63,072 nt of DNA, taken from a virus. Its lineage: Duplodnaviria; Caudoviricetes. The notes under the pieces were generated by a model. That model worked only from the letters and a program-made list of their open reading frames with translations, did not search any database and had not been told where the DNA came from. The translations under genes were made by a program, and so were the position numbers. Location of the stretch: IMG/VR virus record IMGVR_UViG_3300025660_000448, positions 1 to 63,072 of that record, one strand, 5' to 3'. Below, in pieces: positions 1 to 10,127 of this stretch (position 1 is its first letter; every line of letters begins with the position of its first letter).

Positions 1-978
1 TTATAACTTTTTAGCCATCACTTGTAATGCTTTACCAATAGCCTTTCCCATTAAAACTGGCACTGCATTTCCAAGTTGACGATATTTATCTCTAGTTTTT
101 CCTTCAATAATCCAATCATCAGGAAAACATTGTATACGTTTATACTCCTCTATACTCAGAGGTCTATTTTTTGATGGATGACAAAGTGTAGTTGCTCTTT
201 GCACTGGAGAAGTCAGCAATGTGGGGGACGGACGATTCCAACTAAGGCGTCGATAAAATGCTGTTAATCCACCGCTTTTAAGATTAGCATTACCCATTGC
301 TTTTTTATGGTCTTTTTTAGGTAAAGATTTCCAACATCCTCCTTCTGGTATTTTTGGCATAAACCTCCCTATCGAGTTGGGAAAATTTACCCATTCCCCT
401 TGGTCTTCAAGGTCAGCTATTGCATCTTCCAACGTTAGTAAACATGTATTTTTTATAGGAAATATCACATCACCATGTAAATTACCTATAAGCAAAAACC
501 GTTTTCTAGTCTGAGGCACACCATACTGTGAAGAATTGACTATTTCCCATTTACATTTATATCCGGCCTTCGTAAAACGACTAATCAACTCCCCTACTAT
601 CTTACTACTTCCATATGTAATTCCCGGTACGTTTTCCATGACGAAAAATGTAGGCTTTACATCTTCAACAATTTGTACAAAACCAAGCAATGCCGCTCCA
701 CGCTCATCATCTAAGAATTTCCTCTTCCCTATGGTACTAAATGACTGACAAGGAGGTCCGCCTACAATAACATTTACATGTTTTTCCCTTGCGAATTGCG
801 GCAAATTCTCTGAAAACACATTGTCAAAAATTATAGATTTTGGACGATTTGCCTGTATTGTTAGTTGGCATATTTTGTCTCGCTCCGCATATCCAACAAC
901 TTTAATTCCAGCCATCTCAAGTCCTAGGTCAAGCCCAAGACATCCAGAAAATAACGATAAAGCACGTAATTTAGGCAT
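1..978 (-). CDS. C5 DNA cytosine methyltransferase (M.SinI/M.EcoO109I-like)
   Basis: Motifs LFSGCLG (I), GGPPCQSFS (IV), MENVPG (VI), QTRKR (VIII), YRQLGNAVP (X). Confidence 0.93.
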   Translation of the reverse strand: MPKLRALSLFSGCLGLDLGLEMAGIKVVGYAERDKICQLTIQANRPKSIIFDNVFSENLPQFAREKHVNVIVGGPPCQSFSTIGKRKFLDDERGAALLGFVQIVEDVKPTFFVMENVPGITYGSSKIVGELISRFTKAGYKCKWEIVNSSQYGVPQTRKRFLLIGNLHGDVIFPIKNTCLLTLEDAIADLEDQGEWVNFPNSIGRFMPKIPEGGCWKSLPKKDHKKAMGNANLKSGGLTAFYRRLSWNRPSPTLLTSPVQRATTLCHPSKNRPLSIEEYKRIQCFPDDWIIEGKTRDKYRQLGNAVPVLMGKAIGKALQVMAKKL

Positions 979-1035
979 ATATGACCCTTTAAAGAACGAT
1001 TATCCAATTCAACGGGTCGTATATTACCAATTTTT

Positions 1036-1854
1036 TTACAACTGTTCAAGGTGTTTTTTAATTCTTTCTTGTGCTATCGCAGAATATTTTTCATCTAAAT
1101 CTATGCCAATATAATTCCTGCCAAGTTCTACCGCAGCAATCCCGGTCGTTCCGCCACCCTCAAATGGGTCAAGAACCAAGTCATCTTTGTCGGTGAATAA
1201 TTTAATAAAAAAAACTGGTAGGGATTTAGGGAACGCTGCTGGATGTTTTTTGTTTCCACATTCAGTAGCAAAATGCAACACATTAGTTGGATAAACTAGT
1301 TTCTTACCGACCCAATTTGACACATTTTTGCCAAACGAGCTACCAGATTTAGAATTATCTCTTTGTTTATCAGTCTTGCTTAAGTTTTTTAGACGACCTT
1401 CAGCCCAATCTCCAATTGGAACTCGCACGCTGTCTTGATTCATTTTGAATTTCTTTTGCAAATTAAACTGCAAACATCGTTCCCAAGAATCTCTAAAACG
1501 ATTAGGCCACTTTCCGGGGAAACAATTCTTCTTGTGCCACATCCATTCCTCCGTCCATAACCACTGTTTTTTTCGCATAGCTTGTATTAATTCTAAAACA
1601 TAAGTATGCCTTTCTCCAGAAACAACTTTTTCTTTGATGTTTATTATAAATGTGCCAGTAGGTTTTAAGACTCTTTTAATTTCTTCTGCTATAGGCAAAA
1701 ACCATTCTACATATTTATCAGCACATGGTCCAGAATATTGCTTTTTTCTTGCATCAGCGTATGGCGGAGATGTAATTACTAAATCTATAGTTTCTGAATC
1801 AACTCCTTTTAAAATTTGTAAGCAATCTCCAACATAATTTTCAATTTTATTCAT
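1036..1854 (-). CDS. N4-cytosine/N6-adenine DNA methyltransferase, beta class
   Basis: TSPPY catalytic motif near the N-terminus; HPAAFP and LDPFEGGGTT SAM-binding motif near the C-terminus. Confidence 0.92.
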   Translation of the reverse strand: MNKIENYVGDCLQILKGVDSETIDLVITSPPYADARKKQYSGPCADKYVEWFLPIAEEIKRVLKPTGTFIINIKEKVVSGERHTYVLELIQAMRKKQWLWTEEWMWHKKNCFPGKWPNRFRDSWERCLQFNLQKKFKMNQDSVRVPIGDWAEGRLKNLSKTDKQRDNSKSGSSFGKNVSNWVGKKLVYPTNVLHFATECGNKKHPAAFPKSLPVFFIKLFTDKDDLVLDPFEGGGTTGIAAVELGRNYIGIDLDEKYSAIAQERIKKHLEQL

Positions 1855-2624
1855 TTTATATCCATTATTTTTTTCATCCAGTTATCATTATCTTTTTTAT
1901 TTCCACAACTATTTTTTGCTATAGATTTCCATGCATCAATTGTTGATATAAAGATGTCACCACCATATACTTGCTCATATTCTTTCAATAATCTAACACA
2001 AGATAATTCAATCTCATTATTGAATATCTGTTCAAATTCTGTAGCTCCTACGGATGTTACATCTAAAATTTCTTGATAAAAATTCTCTTCACCATCAGTA
2101 ATAAGACACCAAAAATTCTGGCCACTAATTTGCACATCAGCATATTGAAGGTCTTTAGTTGGCGAATTACCACAACAAATACCCATAACTGATATTAAGT
2201 CATGGTTTGTGTCATTTTGATTTATAGTCTTTTTGGCCTTCTTAAATTGGTCTCCTTGCTTTGCTATACTTTGACTATTCCCCCATTTATCACTGCTTTT
2301 TATCGAAATTAGTAAACGACGTTTCCCTTTAAGTAAATCTAAATCAATGCCACTCATTCCTGTTTTTACATTTTCTCCATACGCCAAACTACAAACCTTA
2401 ATACTAATATCTTCAAAAAGCGAACCAAACTTAGTTTGGTTTGATTTTCCCATGAACCCATTAAGTGAATATTTTATTGCTTCTTTTGGACTACCACATA
2501 CAACAGAAGGAAGATATGGGTTTATCGTTAAATTTTTTATTCTTACCTCTTCTAATCGTTGCAATACTGATTTTCTAAATTTACATACTGCTACTCCGAT
2601 AAATTGTTTTATTTCGTTTTTCAT
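1851..2624 (-). CDS. Type II restriction endonuclease, EcoO109I/PmeII-like
   Basis: GIDL...ISIKSSDKWGNSQSI resembles the EcoO109I-family PD-(D/E)xK variant; 4-nt overlap with the downstream MTase. Confidence 0.65.
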   Translation of the reverse strand: MKNEIKQFIGVAVCKFRKSVLQRLEEVRIKNLTINPYLPSVVCGSPKEAIKYSLNGFMGKSNQTKFGSLFEDISIKVCSLAYGENVKTGMSGIDLDLLKGKRRLLISIKSSDKWGNSQSIAKQGDQFKKAKKTINQNDTNHDLISVMGICCGNSPTKDLQYADVQISGQNFWCLITDGEENFYQEILDVTSVGATEFEQIFNNEIELSCVRLLKEYEQVYGGDIFISTIDAWKSIAKNSCGNKKDNDNWMKKIMDIK

Positions 2625-2672
2625 ATAAAGTATTTTACTAAAAAAACATAATAAAGTCGAGAACTTAATTTT

Positions 2673-2795
2673 TCAATCATTAATTTTTATTTTTTTCTTT
2701 GGGACAAAATTAGAATAATCATTGTTTGGAAAATTTACAAAACAATTTTCAATACCAAATAAATTAATAGCATGATAATCATAATTCATAGCAGC
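2673..2795 (-). pseudogene. Displaced 3' end (AP2 domain C-terminal half) of the GIY-YIG endonuclease at 4116-4886
   Basis: Reads AAMNYDYHAINLFGIENCFVNFPNNDYSNFVPKKKIKIND*; joined to ...LGSFHDEVE it restores the AP2 pattern LGxFxxExEAAxxYDxxAxxLFG...NF. Confidence 0.85.
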
Positions 2796-2817
2796 AATGC
2801 TTTGTTATACATTTTTG

Positions 2818-3807
2818 TCAATTAGACTCAGTTTGTATCCTCTTATTTCTTATAAGTATTCTAAAATATGGGCACTTTCCATTGATCGACAAGTCCTTTT
2901 CATCATCCCCTTTTCTGAATTTAATTATTTCAAATTGATCGGGGTTAAATTTATGTAGGAATGTTATTGGTACCCCCATAGCTCCCTTGTAGTCTAATGG
3001 TATGTCTTTTGTCTTATTAACATTAATCCCATCATAATTATCATATTTCGGGTATTCAGTTTCGTTTCCAAAGTATTCCCTTGTAAGAACAATATCTTCG
3101 TGTCGTTTGTAAGTGTCTAAATTGGTTAGCCATAAGCAGTTATTAGGAGAAACTATTCTGTTTCCTAGACCATCAATCCGAGCCTCTGTTCCATAGAGTT
3201 CATAATGCTTAGGAACGATGAAACCAGAGACACCTCTACCAAGATTTATGCCCAACCACGCCTTATTTTCCTTGATTAGCTTGAAAATGTCTTTATAAGT
3301 TATCGCATTTACATTTCCAATTATTAAAAACTTTTTATCGTGTTTAACAAGTTGTTCAACATATTTCCTGAATAATGAAAACGGTGGATTAGTAACAACA
3401 ATATCTGACTTCTTCAGCAAATCAATGCTCTCCGAACTACGGAAATCCCCGTCTCCTTTAAAGTGCAAAATTTCAGGCACGCTTAGTTTATTTTTTTCAT
3501 CAGCTGTATTTCTATATTCAAAGAAAAAACCAGTTTCTTCACTCTCTTCACTAAATAAATCTCCCGATTGCTCTTTGTAGCAAGATGTTAATATCTTCTT
3601 GATTCCTAGATCTTCAAAGTTATCAGTAAAATATTTAAAGAAATTGCTTATTCTAGGGTCGTCACAATTGCAAAAAACAACTTTGTCTTTAAAGTGTGTT
3701 TTATAATGCTTCAATTCACTTTCAATATCGCAAAGCTGGGTGTAAAACTCATCACTTTTTGACTTCTTTGCTTTTTGCAATAATTGGTTTGTTGCGTTTC
3801 TTGCCAT
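2818..3807 (-). CDS. ecoRIM: EcoRI-family adenine methyltransferase (probably GAATTC)
   Basis: N-terminus MARNATNQLLQKAKKSKSDEFYTQ, GDGDFRSSESIDLLKKSDIVVTNPPFSLFR and C-terminal KDLSINGKCPYFRILI closely match M.EcoRI as I recall it. Confidence 0.93.
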   Translation of the reverse strand: MARNATNQLLQKAKKSKSDEFYTQLCDIESELKHYKTHFKDKVVFCNCDDPRISNFFKYFTDNFEDLGIKKILTSCYKEQSGDLFSEESEETGFFFEYRNTADEKNKLSVPEILHFKGDGDFRSSESIDLLKKSDIVVTNPPFSLFRKYVEQLVKHDKKFLIIGNVNAITYKDIFKLIKENKAWLGINLGRGVSGFIVPKHYELYGTEARIDGLGNRIVSPNNCLWLTNLDTYKRHEDIVLTREYFGNETEYPKYDNYDGINVNKTKDIPLDYKGAMGVPITFLHKFNPDQFEIIKFRKGDDEKDLSINGKCPYFRILIRNKRIQTESN

Positions 3808-3846
3808 TGATAACCTACCTCTATTTATGTCTTCGCTAACATTCGG

Positions 3847-4119
3847 TCACTTATTAGTTGTAATCTGGGTAAATAAATCACTTCCCAATGCTTTAAGGGA
3901 AGATATGGAAACCTCAATCATAATTTTAAACATTTCTTTGACATTCCACTTTTCTCCACACCCTTGAGAGTATATTGATGCCGCCTGAAGCATAATTGCT
4001 TTATCTTTATACTTGACGACTTTATTTACACATAAATTTTTATTTATTGGCATTCCATAATTTGCAGATGTCAATCTATCTAATCTGTTTAACATTCCTG
4101 AATTGTATTCAAGATTTAC
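3847..4119 (-). pseudogene. ecoRIR: 5'-truncated EcoRI-like restriction endonuclease (last ~90 codons only)
   Basis: Frame reads VNLEYNSGMLNRLDRLTSANYGMPINKNLC...IMLQAASIYSQG...SLKALGSDLF, matching the R.EcoRI C-terminus; catalytic N-terminal part absent. Confidence 0.88.
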
Positions 4120-4886
4120 ACTTCTACTTCATCATGAAACGAGCCTAAATTTATATCTTTATGATTAAAATTAATTCTAGATTGCCATGTTTTGCCTTTT
4201 CTTTTTTTAACTCCTTTATATTTATTTTTAGGAGGTTTTAATCTTATTGCTTTGTTTTTTTTACAAATAGATTCTTGAGATTGTTTTCGTCCCATTTGAC
4301 TACGAGATATTTTTCTTTTTGTTTCTTCAGTATGTTTTCTTTTACCACCACTCTTTTTGCCCAAATTTCCTTCCGATATTTTTCTTTTTGTTTCTTCAGT
4401 ATGTTTTCTTCCCAATTGAGCTTTTCTTCTAGCTTCTCTTACACTATTGGGTGTTCCAAATTTTAAATATCTTTCTTTTTGAGATTTGCTTAATTTTAAT
4501 TTAGATTCATATGTCCAAACTCTAATTCTATTTGCGTTTCCTATTTTGAGTTTTGCTTCTTCAGTATGCTTTCTTCCTCTTGGACTTCCGCCCGCTGTTG
4601 GTTGTATATTATACTGATGTCCCCATACTTGGTCTATCCAAAACTGCTCTCTTTCATCTAATTTATTTTCATCTAAAACTTCTTCTAATAAATAAAACAA
4701 AAAATTAATTTTCTCATATTTATTCCACGCTGCTTGCAAATGTTTATTATAATGTTTATTGTTTACAAGAAGTGATTTATGTTCCATAAACCTTTGGTTC
4801 ATTCCTTTATTTTTACAAACTTGTCCAACATATATCTTTCCATTAATCTTATTTTTAATCGCATATATTCCTTGAATTTTTTCCAT
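4116..4886 (-). pseudogene. GIY-YIG homing endonuclease with NUMOD3 repeats and AP2 domain, truncated by insertion
   Basis: GIYAIKNKINGKIYVG, EQFWID..YN, three KHTEE(T/A)K repeats, AP2 start KYKGV...W..RI...INLGSF cut at DEVE. Confidence 0.88.
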
Positions 4887-5037
4887 ATAATATTTTTTCC
4901 AAATCAGAAACATTGTATCTTCGATGCCCACCTAATGTTCTAACAGGGCAGAATTTACCAGACTTATCCCAATTCCTAAGTGTTGTTGTTGTTACTCCTA
5001 ATAATTCAGAAGCAGCTTTAATAGTTATAAGTTGCAT
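4855..5037 (-). CDS. Small MerR/excisionase-type winged HTH protein
   Basis: AASELLGVTTTTLRNWDKSGK..RTLGGHRRY, as in IS607-TnpA N-termini and BldC-like proteins. Confidence 0.8.
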   Translation of the reverse strand: MQLITIKAASELLGVTTTTLRNWDKSGKFCPVRTLGGHRRYNVSDLEKILYGKNSRNICD

Positions 5038-5057
5038 AATATTATATAGTAAATTTA

Positions 5058-6452
5058 TTATAATTTTTTATAAGATTTTATAATTTTATCAATAATTTTT
5101 GTTGTAGAAATTCCGTCAACAAGAGGAGCAAAGCATAGCTCATTAACATTTTCAGGTTTTTCCATTTTGCCTTGCCAATCCATTCCTTTTACTAAAACAT
5201 CAGGTTGAATTATTTTAATTATGTCATTCGGAGTATCTTCATAAAATGGTATAACATAATCAACAACATCCAATGCAGCTATCATTTTTATTCTTTGTTC
5301 TAATGGAATAATAGGTCTGGTGTTTCCTTTTAATCTTTTTACGCTTTCATCGGAATTAACCAACACCACAAGTTTATCTCCTTTGGATTTAGCAAACTCA
5401 AAGGTAGATATATGAGCAAAATGACAAAAATCATACACTCCATTTGTCATAACCAATTTAAAAGCCCTATCTTTCAAATCATAAGGGGATACAAATTTAG
5501 CTTTTATTGGGTCATCAATAGCTAATAATTCATAAGGAAGAACAGGCTTATTGTGTTTTTTCTGAACATATATCGACCCAGCCTTCCAAGCTAACTCTAC
5601 TGATTTTACGATATCTATACAATGAGTTTGGGTCATTGCTAAAAATGCCGCAAAACAATCACCAGCACCTATGACCGATTCACAGGGTACATGAAAATCA
5701 GGTGTGTATTGGAAATGACCATTAAGTGTCTTTCCAACAACACCTTTTTTGCCCTGAGTAATTACTACTGCTGGACACCCTAAAACAAACATAAAATAAT
5801 CACACTGCTTTTTCCAATCTTTCAATCCGCTAAGTTCATAGGCTTCTTTCTCATTTGGTTTGAATATGGAACATCCTTTCCACTTTTCTATCGGACCATT
5901 TTTAGGGTCTACAATAGTTAATAAATCTTCATTACACATCCAATTTAAATCACTATTAAACAATCCCTTTCCATAATCAGAAAAAATTACTACTCCAGAT
6001 GCCTCTTTACAGAATTTTTCATGCAACTCCCTTTGAAAATTTGTCAATGATTCATTCGATAGACCAAAATTATTAGATTCTATATCCCATCTACAAAGAG
6101 GGAAATTATCTTGATAAATTCTTTTTTTTACAGGATTTTTACCTTCCATTAAAATGCATGATTTAGAACTAATAGAAGATGAATTTAAAACGTCAAAACC
6201 ATGTGTGTCAATTAATGAATAGAACTCCACATCTACATTAAACTGTTCCATTTGACGACATACATTTCCTGCACCACCCGGAACTGCTATGTTTGGTGCA
6301 TTATTAGAAGATAGCATGACAGGTATAGGAAATTCAGGAGAAACCCTATCTGCCAGTACGTGAAAGTATTCATCTAATAAGTAATCTCCTACAACGGTTA
6401 TTTTAGACCTTGTAGAATCATTCATTTCCAAAAAGGTTTCTATATCTGTCAT
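5058..6452 (-). CDS. hldE: Bifunctional heptose-7-phosphate kinase / heptose-1-phosphate adenylyltransferase
   Basis: VGDYLLDEY, RVSPEFPIPV, GGAGNV, SDYGKG, GAGD (PfkB) followed by TNGVYDFCHFAH, NSDESVKRLKG..RPI, GISTTKII. Confidence 0.92.
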   Translation of the reverse strand: MTDIETFLEMNDSTRSKITVVGDYLLDEYFHVLADRVSPEFPIPVMLSSNNAPNIAVPGGAGNVCRQMEQFNVDVEFYSLIDTHGFDVLNSSSISSKSCILMEGKNPVKKRIYQDNFPLCRWDIESNNFGLSNESLTNFQRELHEKFCKEASGVVIFSDYGKGLFNSDLNWMCNEDLLTIVDPKNGPIEKWKGCSIFKPNEKEAYELSGLKDWKKQCDYFMFVLGCPAVVITQGKKGVVGKTLNGHFQYTPDFHVPCESVIGAGDCFAAFLAMTQTHCIDIVKSVELAWKAGSIYVQKKHNKPVLPYELLAIDDPIKAKFVSPYDLKDRAFKLVMTNGVYDFCHFAHISTFEFAKSKGDKLVVLVNSDESVKRLKGNTRPIIPLEQRIKMIAALDVVDYVIPFYEDTPNDIIKIIQPDVLVKGMDWQGKMEKPENVNELCFAPLVDGISTTKIIDKIIKSYKKL

Positions 6453-6491
6453 GCTATTATATTAGTAGTAAAGACTATATATTCCTGAACC

Positions 6492-9400
6492 ATGAGTAGA
6501 GAAATAAAGCAATCTAAAATCGAGAAAGATGGTAAAACAGTTATTGTTAATAAAATAGATGGGGCTATCGTTCCAAATGTTACAACCAATAATACATCTG
6601 AATCTTCCGCCACATCATCATCAGTAGCGGGGGGAACCCCAACAACTCCCATTCCTGTTTCTACCCCTACTGTGGCACAACCTACCACAACAAATAATAA
6701 TGGTATTCCAAAAACAAAAATAAAAGATGGCCTTGTTCCAAACATAACCGCACAATCTGAACTACCAGAGGCAACAGAAAATACAAATCTCCCCTCAATT
6801 TCTTCATCGGCCTCTACGGTTTCTGGAGCTTCTATACCAACAACTGATGAGGAAATAGAAAAAAAGAGACTTAGAAGTAAATTTGGTGTATATGACCAAA
6901 ATAAAATAAAAGATGGAATAATTCCACTTATCACAGCGGCCCAAGTTAATCCACCTAATGTTCCTCCACAAATATTACCACCAGATGTAAACCAATTTAC
7001 AGCCTTTACAAGTGCGTTAGCTGGAATACCTGAGCCATTAAGTATATTTGTTCCTTATATTGGTGCTTTAAAAGACGTTGATTTAGGGCCACAAAGTTTA
7101 AGCACCGATGTGTGTATAACAGCAGGATGTCTATCTGATGGAATTGTTACACTAACTGGCGGGGTATTTGATGTGTTCCCTCAAACGCCAACTGCTGCGC
7201 CATTCGCACAATACGATATAGCAAATAAAAAATATGTAGATGATGCTGTTTCTAGTGTGGATACATTCTTAGAGCTTACCGACACAATCAATTCTTACAC
7301 AAATACACGTATTCTTTTTGAATCCGGGGCGGCTGTAGTAGATTCTGCTAATCTTACATTTGATGGAACTACATTAACCGCTACGTCTTTATCTGATGGG
7401 ACTGCCACATTAACAAGTGGTGATTTAACAGGACTGACCTCTCTTGTTGTTGATAATATAACAATAGATGCAGCAACAATAACAAGTGATACAGGAACTA
7501 TCAGCTTAAATAATGATAATTTAACGACTACTGGTGCTATAGATTGTGCTGAAATATCCAACACTCTCGGAGATTTAAAGATAGAACCTGATATACAAGG
7601 TAACGTCATATTATTCTCGGATACTGACGTGGCCAGTGGAACAACAGATGGTAATCATCTGATTATCCATAGAAAAGCCGCTGAAGGCGATGCGTCTATG
7701 GATTTTTACGTTAATGAGTTTAATCAAGGAGTGTGGAGTGCGGGGGCTGGCATGGTGTTCACTCAGTCGTCTGGCATTATGTCTTTTGAAAATCAAACTG
7801 GTAACTACGCACATTTCCGATGTAAACAAGGCTATTATTTTGATATCTATAATACTACTGGCAATGATTTCTTTGTAATTAGGGATAGGGTTGGGTCTGC
7901 TGAAAGGTTTAAAGTATATCGTCAAGGACAAATCGAAATTCCTCAAGACAATGCTAAAATGGGATTTGGACTTACCACAACAGATTTAGAATTATATTCT
8001 GATGGAACTGATGGACACATTGACACAACTGGAGACTTGTTAATCTCTGGTAATATAACAACAACTGGCACAGGCACATTTGACGATGTTATCGTTAGTA
8101 ATCTAGCAATTGATTCAGCGGTTTATACTGATGGGTCTAGTCAACTAACAACAACCGCACCAACAAGTGGAACTATAGGATATTGGGATAGAACTGGAAC
8201 AATACTATCTCCTGCAAATGGTCCGGGCAGTGATGACATAACAACAAGTGGGGCTATAGGTATTGGTGCTATAGCTAGGATAGGCAACCTTGGCAGCGGT
8301 TACATAGAGGTGTATGATGATGCCAATACGTCTACTAGGAACTTCGGTGTCAGCGGTATCTATTTTGAGAATGCTATTGCTAGACTAAATAATTCTCACG
8401 TAAGAACAAGAACATTTAATTCTGCTTCAGACATTGACCTACAAGCTGGTAATGGTGCTGCATACGAGACTGTCGCTACCATACAATCAGAGACAGGCGG
8501 TGACCCAACATTCGATTTGTTAAAAGGAAGACTGATTGGTGATTTAAACGGTCAAAGCTATAATATAACAACAACTGGTATAGCAGGTGCTTCTTCTTTA
8601 GATTTAGGAGTTACAGGAGCAACGACTGGGGTTTTAAGAATGGATGGTTCTACTTCTGGAACCGTTACAATTCAGCCTGCTAATTCCGCAGGAACTTATA
8701 CATTAACTTTACCTACGGATGATGGTGACCCTGACGAATTTCTCCAGACTAACGGAAGTGGAGTCCTCACTTGGGCAGCAGGAGGGGGCATTACATTTGG
8801 CACAGATAATCAAATTCCTTATTGTAATGCCACTGGAGATGATTTCGATTACTCTGCGGATTTCACTTTCGATGGGTCGACTTTAACAACTACTGGCAGG
8901 CTGTCAGTGAGTTCTGGAACATTGGCTTTACCGGGAATATATTTTGATAATGATACTAATACCGGAATTTATAGAATCTCAGAAAATGCAATAGGATTAT
9001 CCGCCGGGGGAGTTGCATTAACTTGGAATGGAGGCAATTTAGAACTAACGAATGGCATATCTGCGTTTGTTGCTAGTGCTAGTGCTGCGTCAGCGGCAGA
9101 CCCTGCTTTCCAAATGAGTACACACACTTCAGGGATGTATAGAACAAACGATGGAACTTCTAATATACAGTTCGGGACTAGTGATTTAGGTAGATTATCA
9201 ATTGATGCTGCTGGCGACTTTGACTTCCAAGCTGGAGATATAACAACTTCTGGGACCATAACTTCTACAGATGGAACCGCTGGACAATCTTTAATAGCAA
9301 GTGGTTTAGTCGTTAACAATGATGGTAATGGTACAGATGATGATGATTTTAGAGCAGCCACAACAAGCGTATCAACTGCATTCGTTGTAGATGCTTCTGC

Positions 9401-10127
9401 TGACGAAATACTTGTCAATGTAGATATGCAAATAGCTTCAGACACCAAAAAGCTATTCTTTGGAGCAAGCGATGATGTCTCAGCATATTATGATGGAACA
9501 GATTTTATATTAACGACAGATTTACAAAATGCTTCTGATTTTGTTATTGATTGTGGCGCAAATAAAACATTAGAATTGACTGAAATTGTATGGGACGACC
9601 TTAAAATTGTACCGGGAGCCTTTCAATTTGGAGGAAGCACTGACCCAACAATCCGAAATTGGCAACCGACAGGAGCGGGGACAACATTTAAAGTCTATAA
9701 ATTTGACAAAAATGATGAAGTCTTTGCAACATGTCAGATGCCCCATATGTACAAAGAAGACTCAGACCTTGAATTCCACATACATTGGACTCCATGTGAT
9801 AGAGGAACTGCTGAAAGTGGAAGTCTCGTTGGTTGGAAAGTTGATTATACCGTAGCTAATGTTGACGGAACCTTCCCTGTTTCCGCAACTGTTGATTTAA
9901 GCGATGCTTGCACAGGAACCGACGATTATCACGAAGTAACTTCATCAGTAACAGTTTCGGGAACTGGATTAAATGTTTCTCATATATTAATGCTTAGGAT
10001 ATACAGAACTGATACTGGAGGGGATGATACTTGGAGCGGAACAACAACACAAGCTCCAGCATTATTAGAATTCGACATACATTACCAAAAAGATACAATG
10101 GGGTCAAGACAGGAGTATATTAAATAA
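6492..10127 (+). CDS. Large tail fibre / virion structural protein
   Basis: 1211 aa G/T/D-rich; fibre-type motifs VPYIGALKDVDLG, ANKKYVDD, YTLTLPTDDG..LQTNGSGVLTW, PGIYFDNDTNTGIY. Confidence 0.65.
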   Translation: MSREIKQSKIEKDGKTVIVNKIDGAIVPNVTTNNTSESSATSSSVAGGTPTTPIPVSTPTVAQPTTTNNNGIPKTKIKDGLVPNITAQSELPEATENTNLPSISSSASTVSGASIPTTDEEIEKKRLRSKFGVYDQNKIKDGIIPLITAAQVNPPNVPPQILPPDVNQFTAFTSALAGIPEPLSIFVPYIGALKDVDLGPQSLSTDVCITAGCLSDGIVTLTGGVFDVFPQTPTAAPFAQYDIANKKYVDDAVSSVDTFLELTDTINSYTNTRILFESGAAVVDSANLTFDGTTLTATSLSDGTATLTSGDLTGLTSLVVDNITIDAATITSDTGTISLNNDNLTTTGAIDCAEISNTLGDLKIEPDIQGNVILFSDTDVASGTTDGNHLIIHRKAAEGDASMDFYVNEFNQGVWSAGAGMVFTQSSGIMSFENQTGNYAHFRCKQGYYFDIYNTTGNDFFVIRDRVGSAERFKVYRQGQIEIPQDNAKMGFGLTTTDLELYSDGTDGHIDTTGDLLISGNITTTGTGTFDDVIVSNLAIDSAVYTDGSSQLTTTAPTSGTIGYWDRTGTILSPANGPGSDDITTSGAIGIGAIARIGNLGSGYIEVYDDANTSTRNFGVSGIYFENAIARLNNSHVRTRTFNSASDIDLQAGNGAAYETVATIQSETGGDPTFDLLKGRLIGDLNGQSYNITTTGIAGASSLDLGVTGATTGVLRMDGSTSGTVTIQPANSAGTYTLTLPTDDGDPDEFLQTNGSGVLTWAAGGGITFGTDNQIPYCNATGDDFDYSADFTFDGSTLTTTGRLSVSSGTLALPGIYFDNDTNTGIYRISENAIGLSAGGVALTWNGGNLELTNGISAFVASASAASAADPAFQMSTHTSGMYRTNDGTSNIQFGTSDLGRLSIDAAGDFDFQAGDITTSGTITSTDGTAGQSLIASGLVVNNDGNGTDDDDFRAATTSVSTAFVVDASADEILVNVDMQIASDTKKLFFGASDDVSAYYDGTDFILTTDLQNASDFVIDCGANKTLELTEIVWDDLKIVPGAFQFGGSTDPTIRNWQPTGAGTTFKVYKFDKNDEVFATCQMPHMYKEDSDLEFHIHWTPCDRGTAESGSLVGWKVDYTVANVDGTFPVSATVDLSDACTGTDDYHEVTSSVTVSGTGLNVSHILMLRIYRTDTGGDDTWSGTTTQAPALLEFDIHYQKDTMGSRQEYIK

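Noticed and set aside
2791-2810. GTATAACAAAGCATTGCTGC after the MTase stop resembles the left half of an integron attC site
   Set aside because: No complementary right half or integrase; at most a hint that the donor operon was a cassette
2796-4121. Insert as a group I/II intron (begins GTGTA on the minus strand)
   Set aside because: Nearly all of it is R-M coding sequence, with no domain V or P7-like core, and canonical splice boundaries do not restore the frame
4855-5037. IS607 element
   Set aside because: Only the HTH is present; no serine-recombinase domain or TnpB
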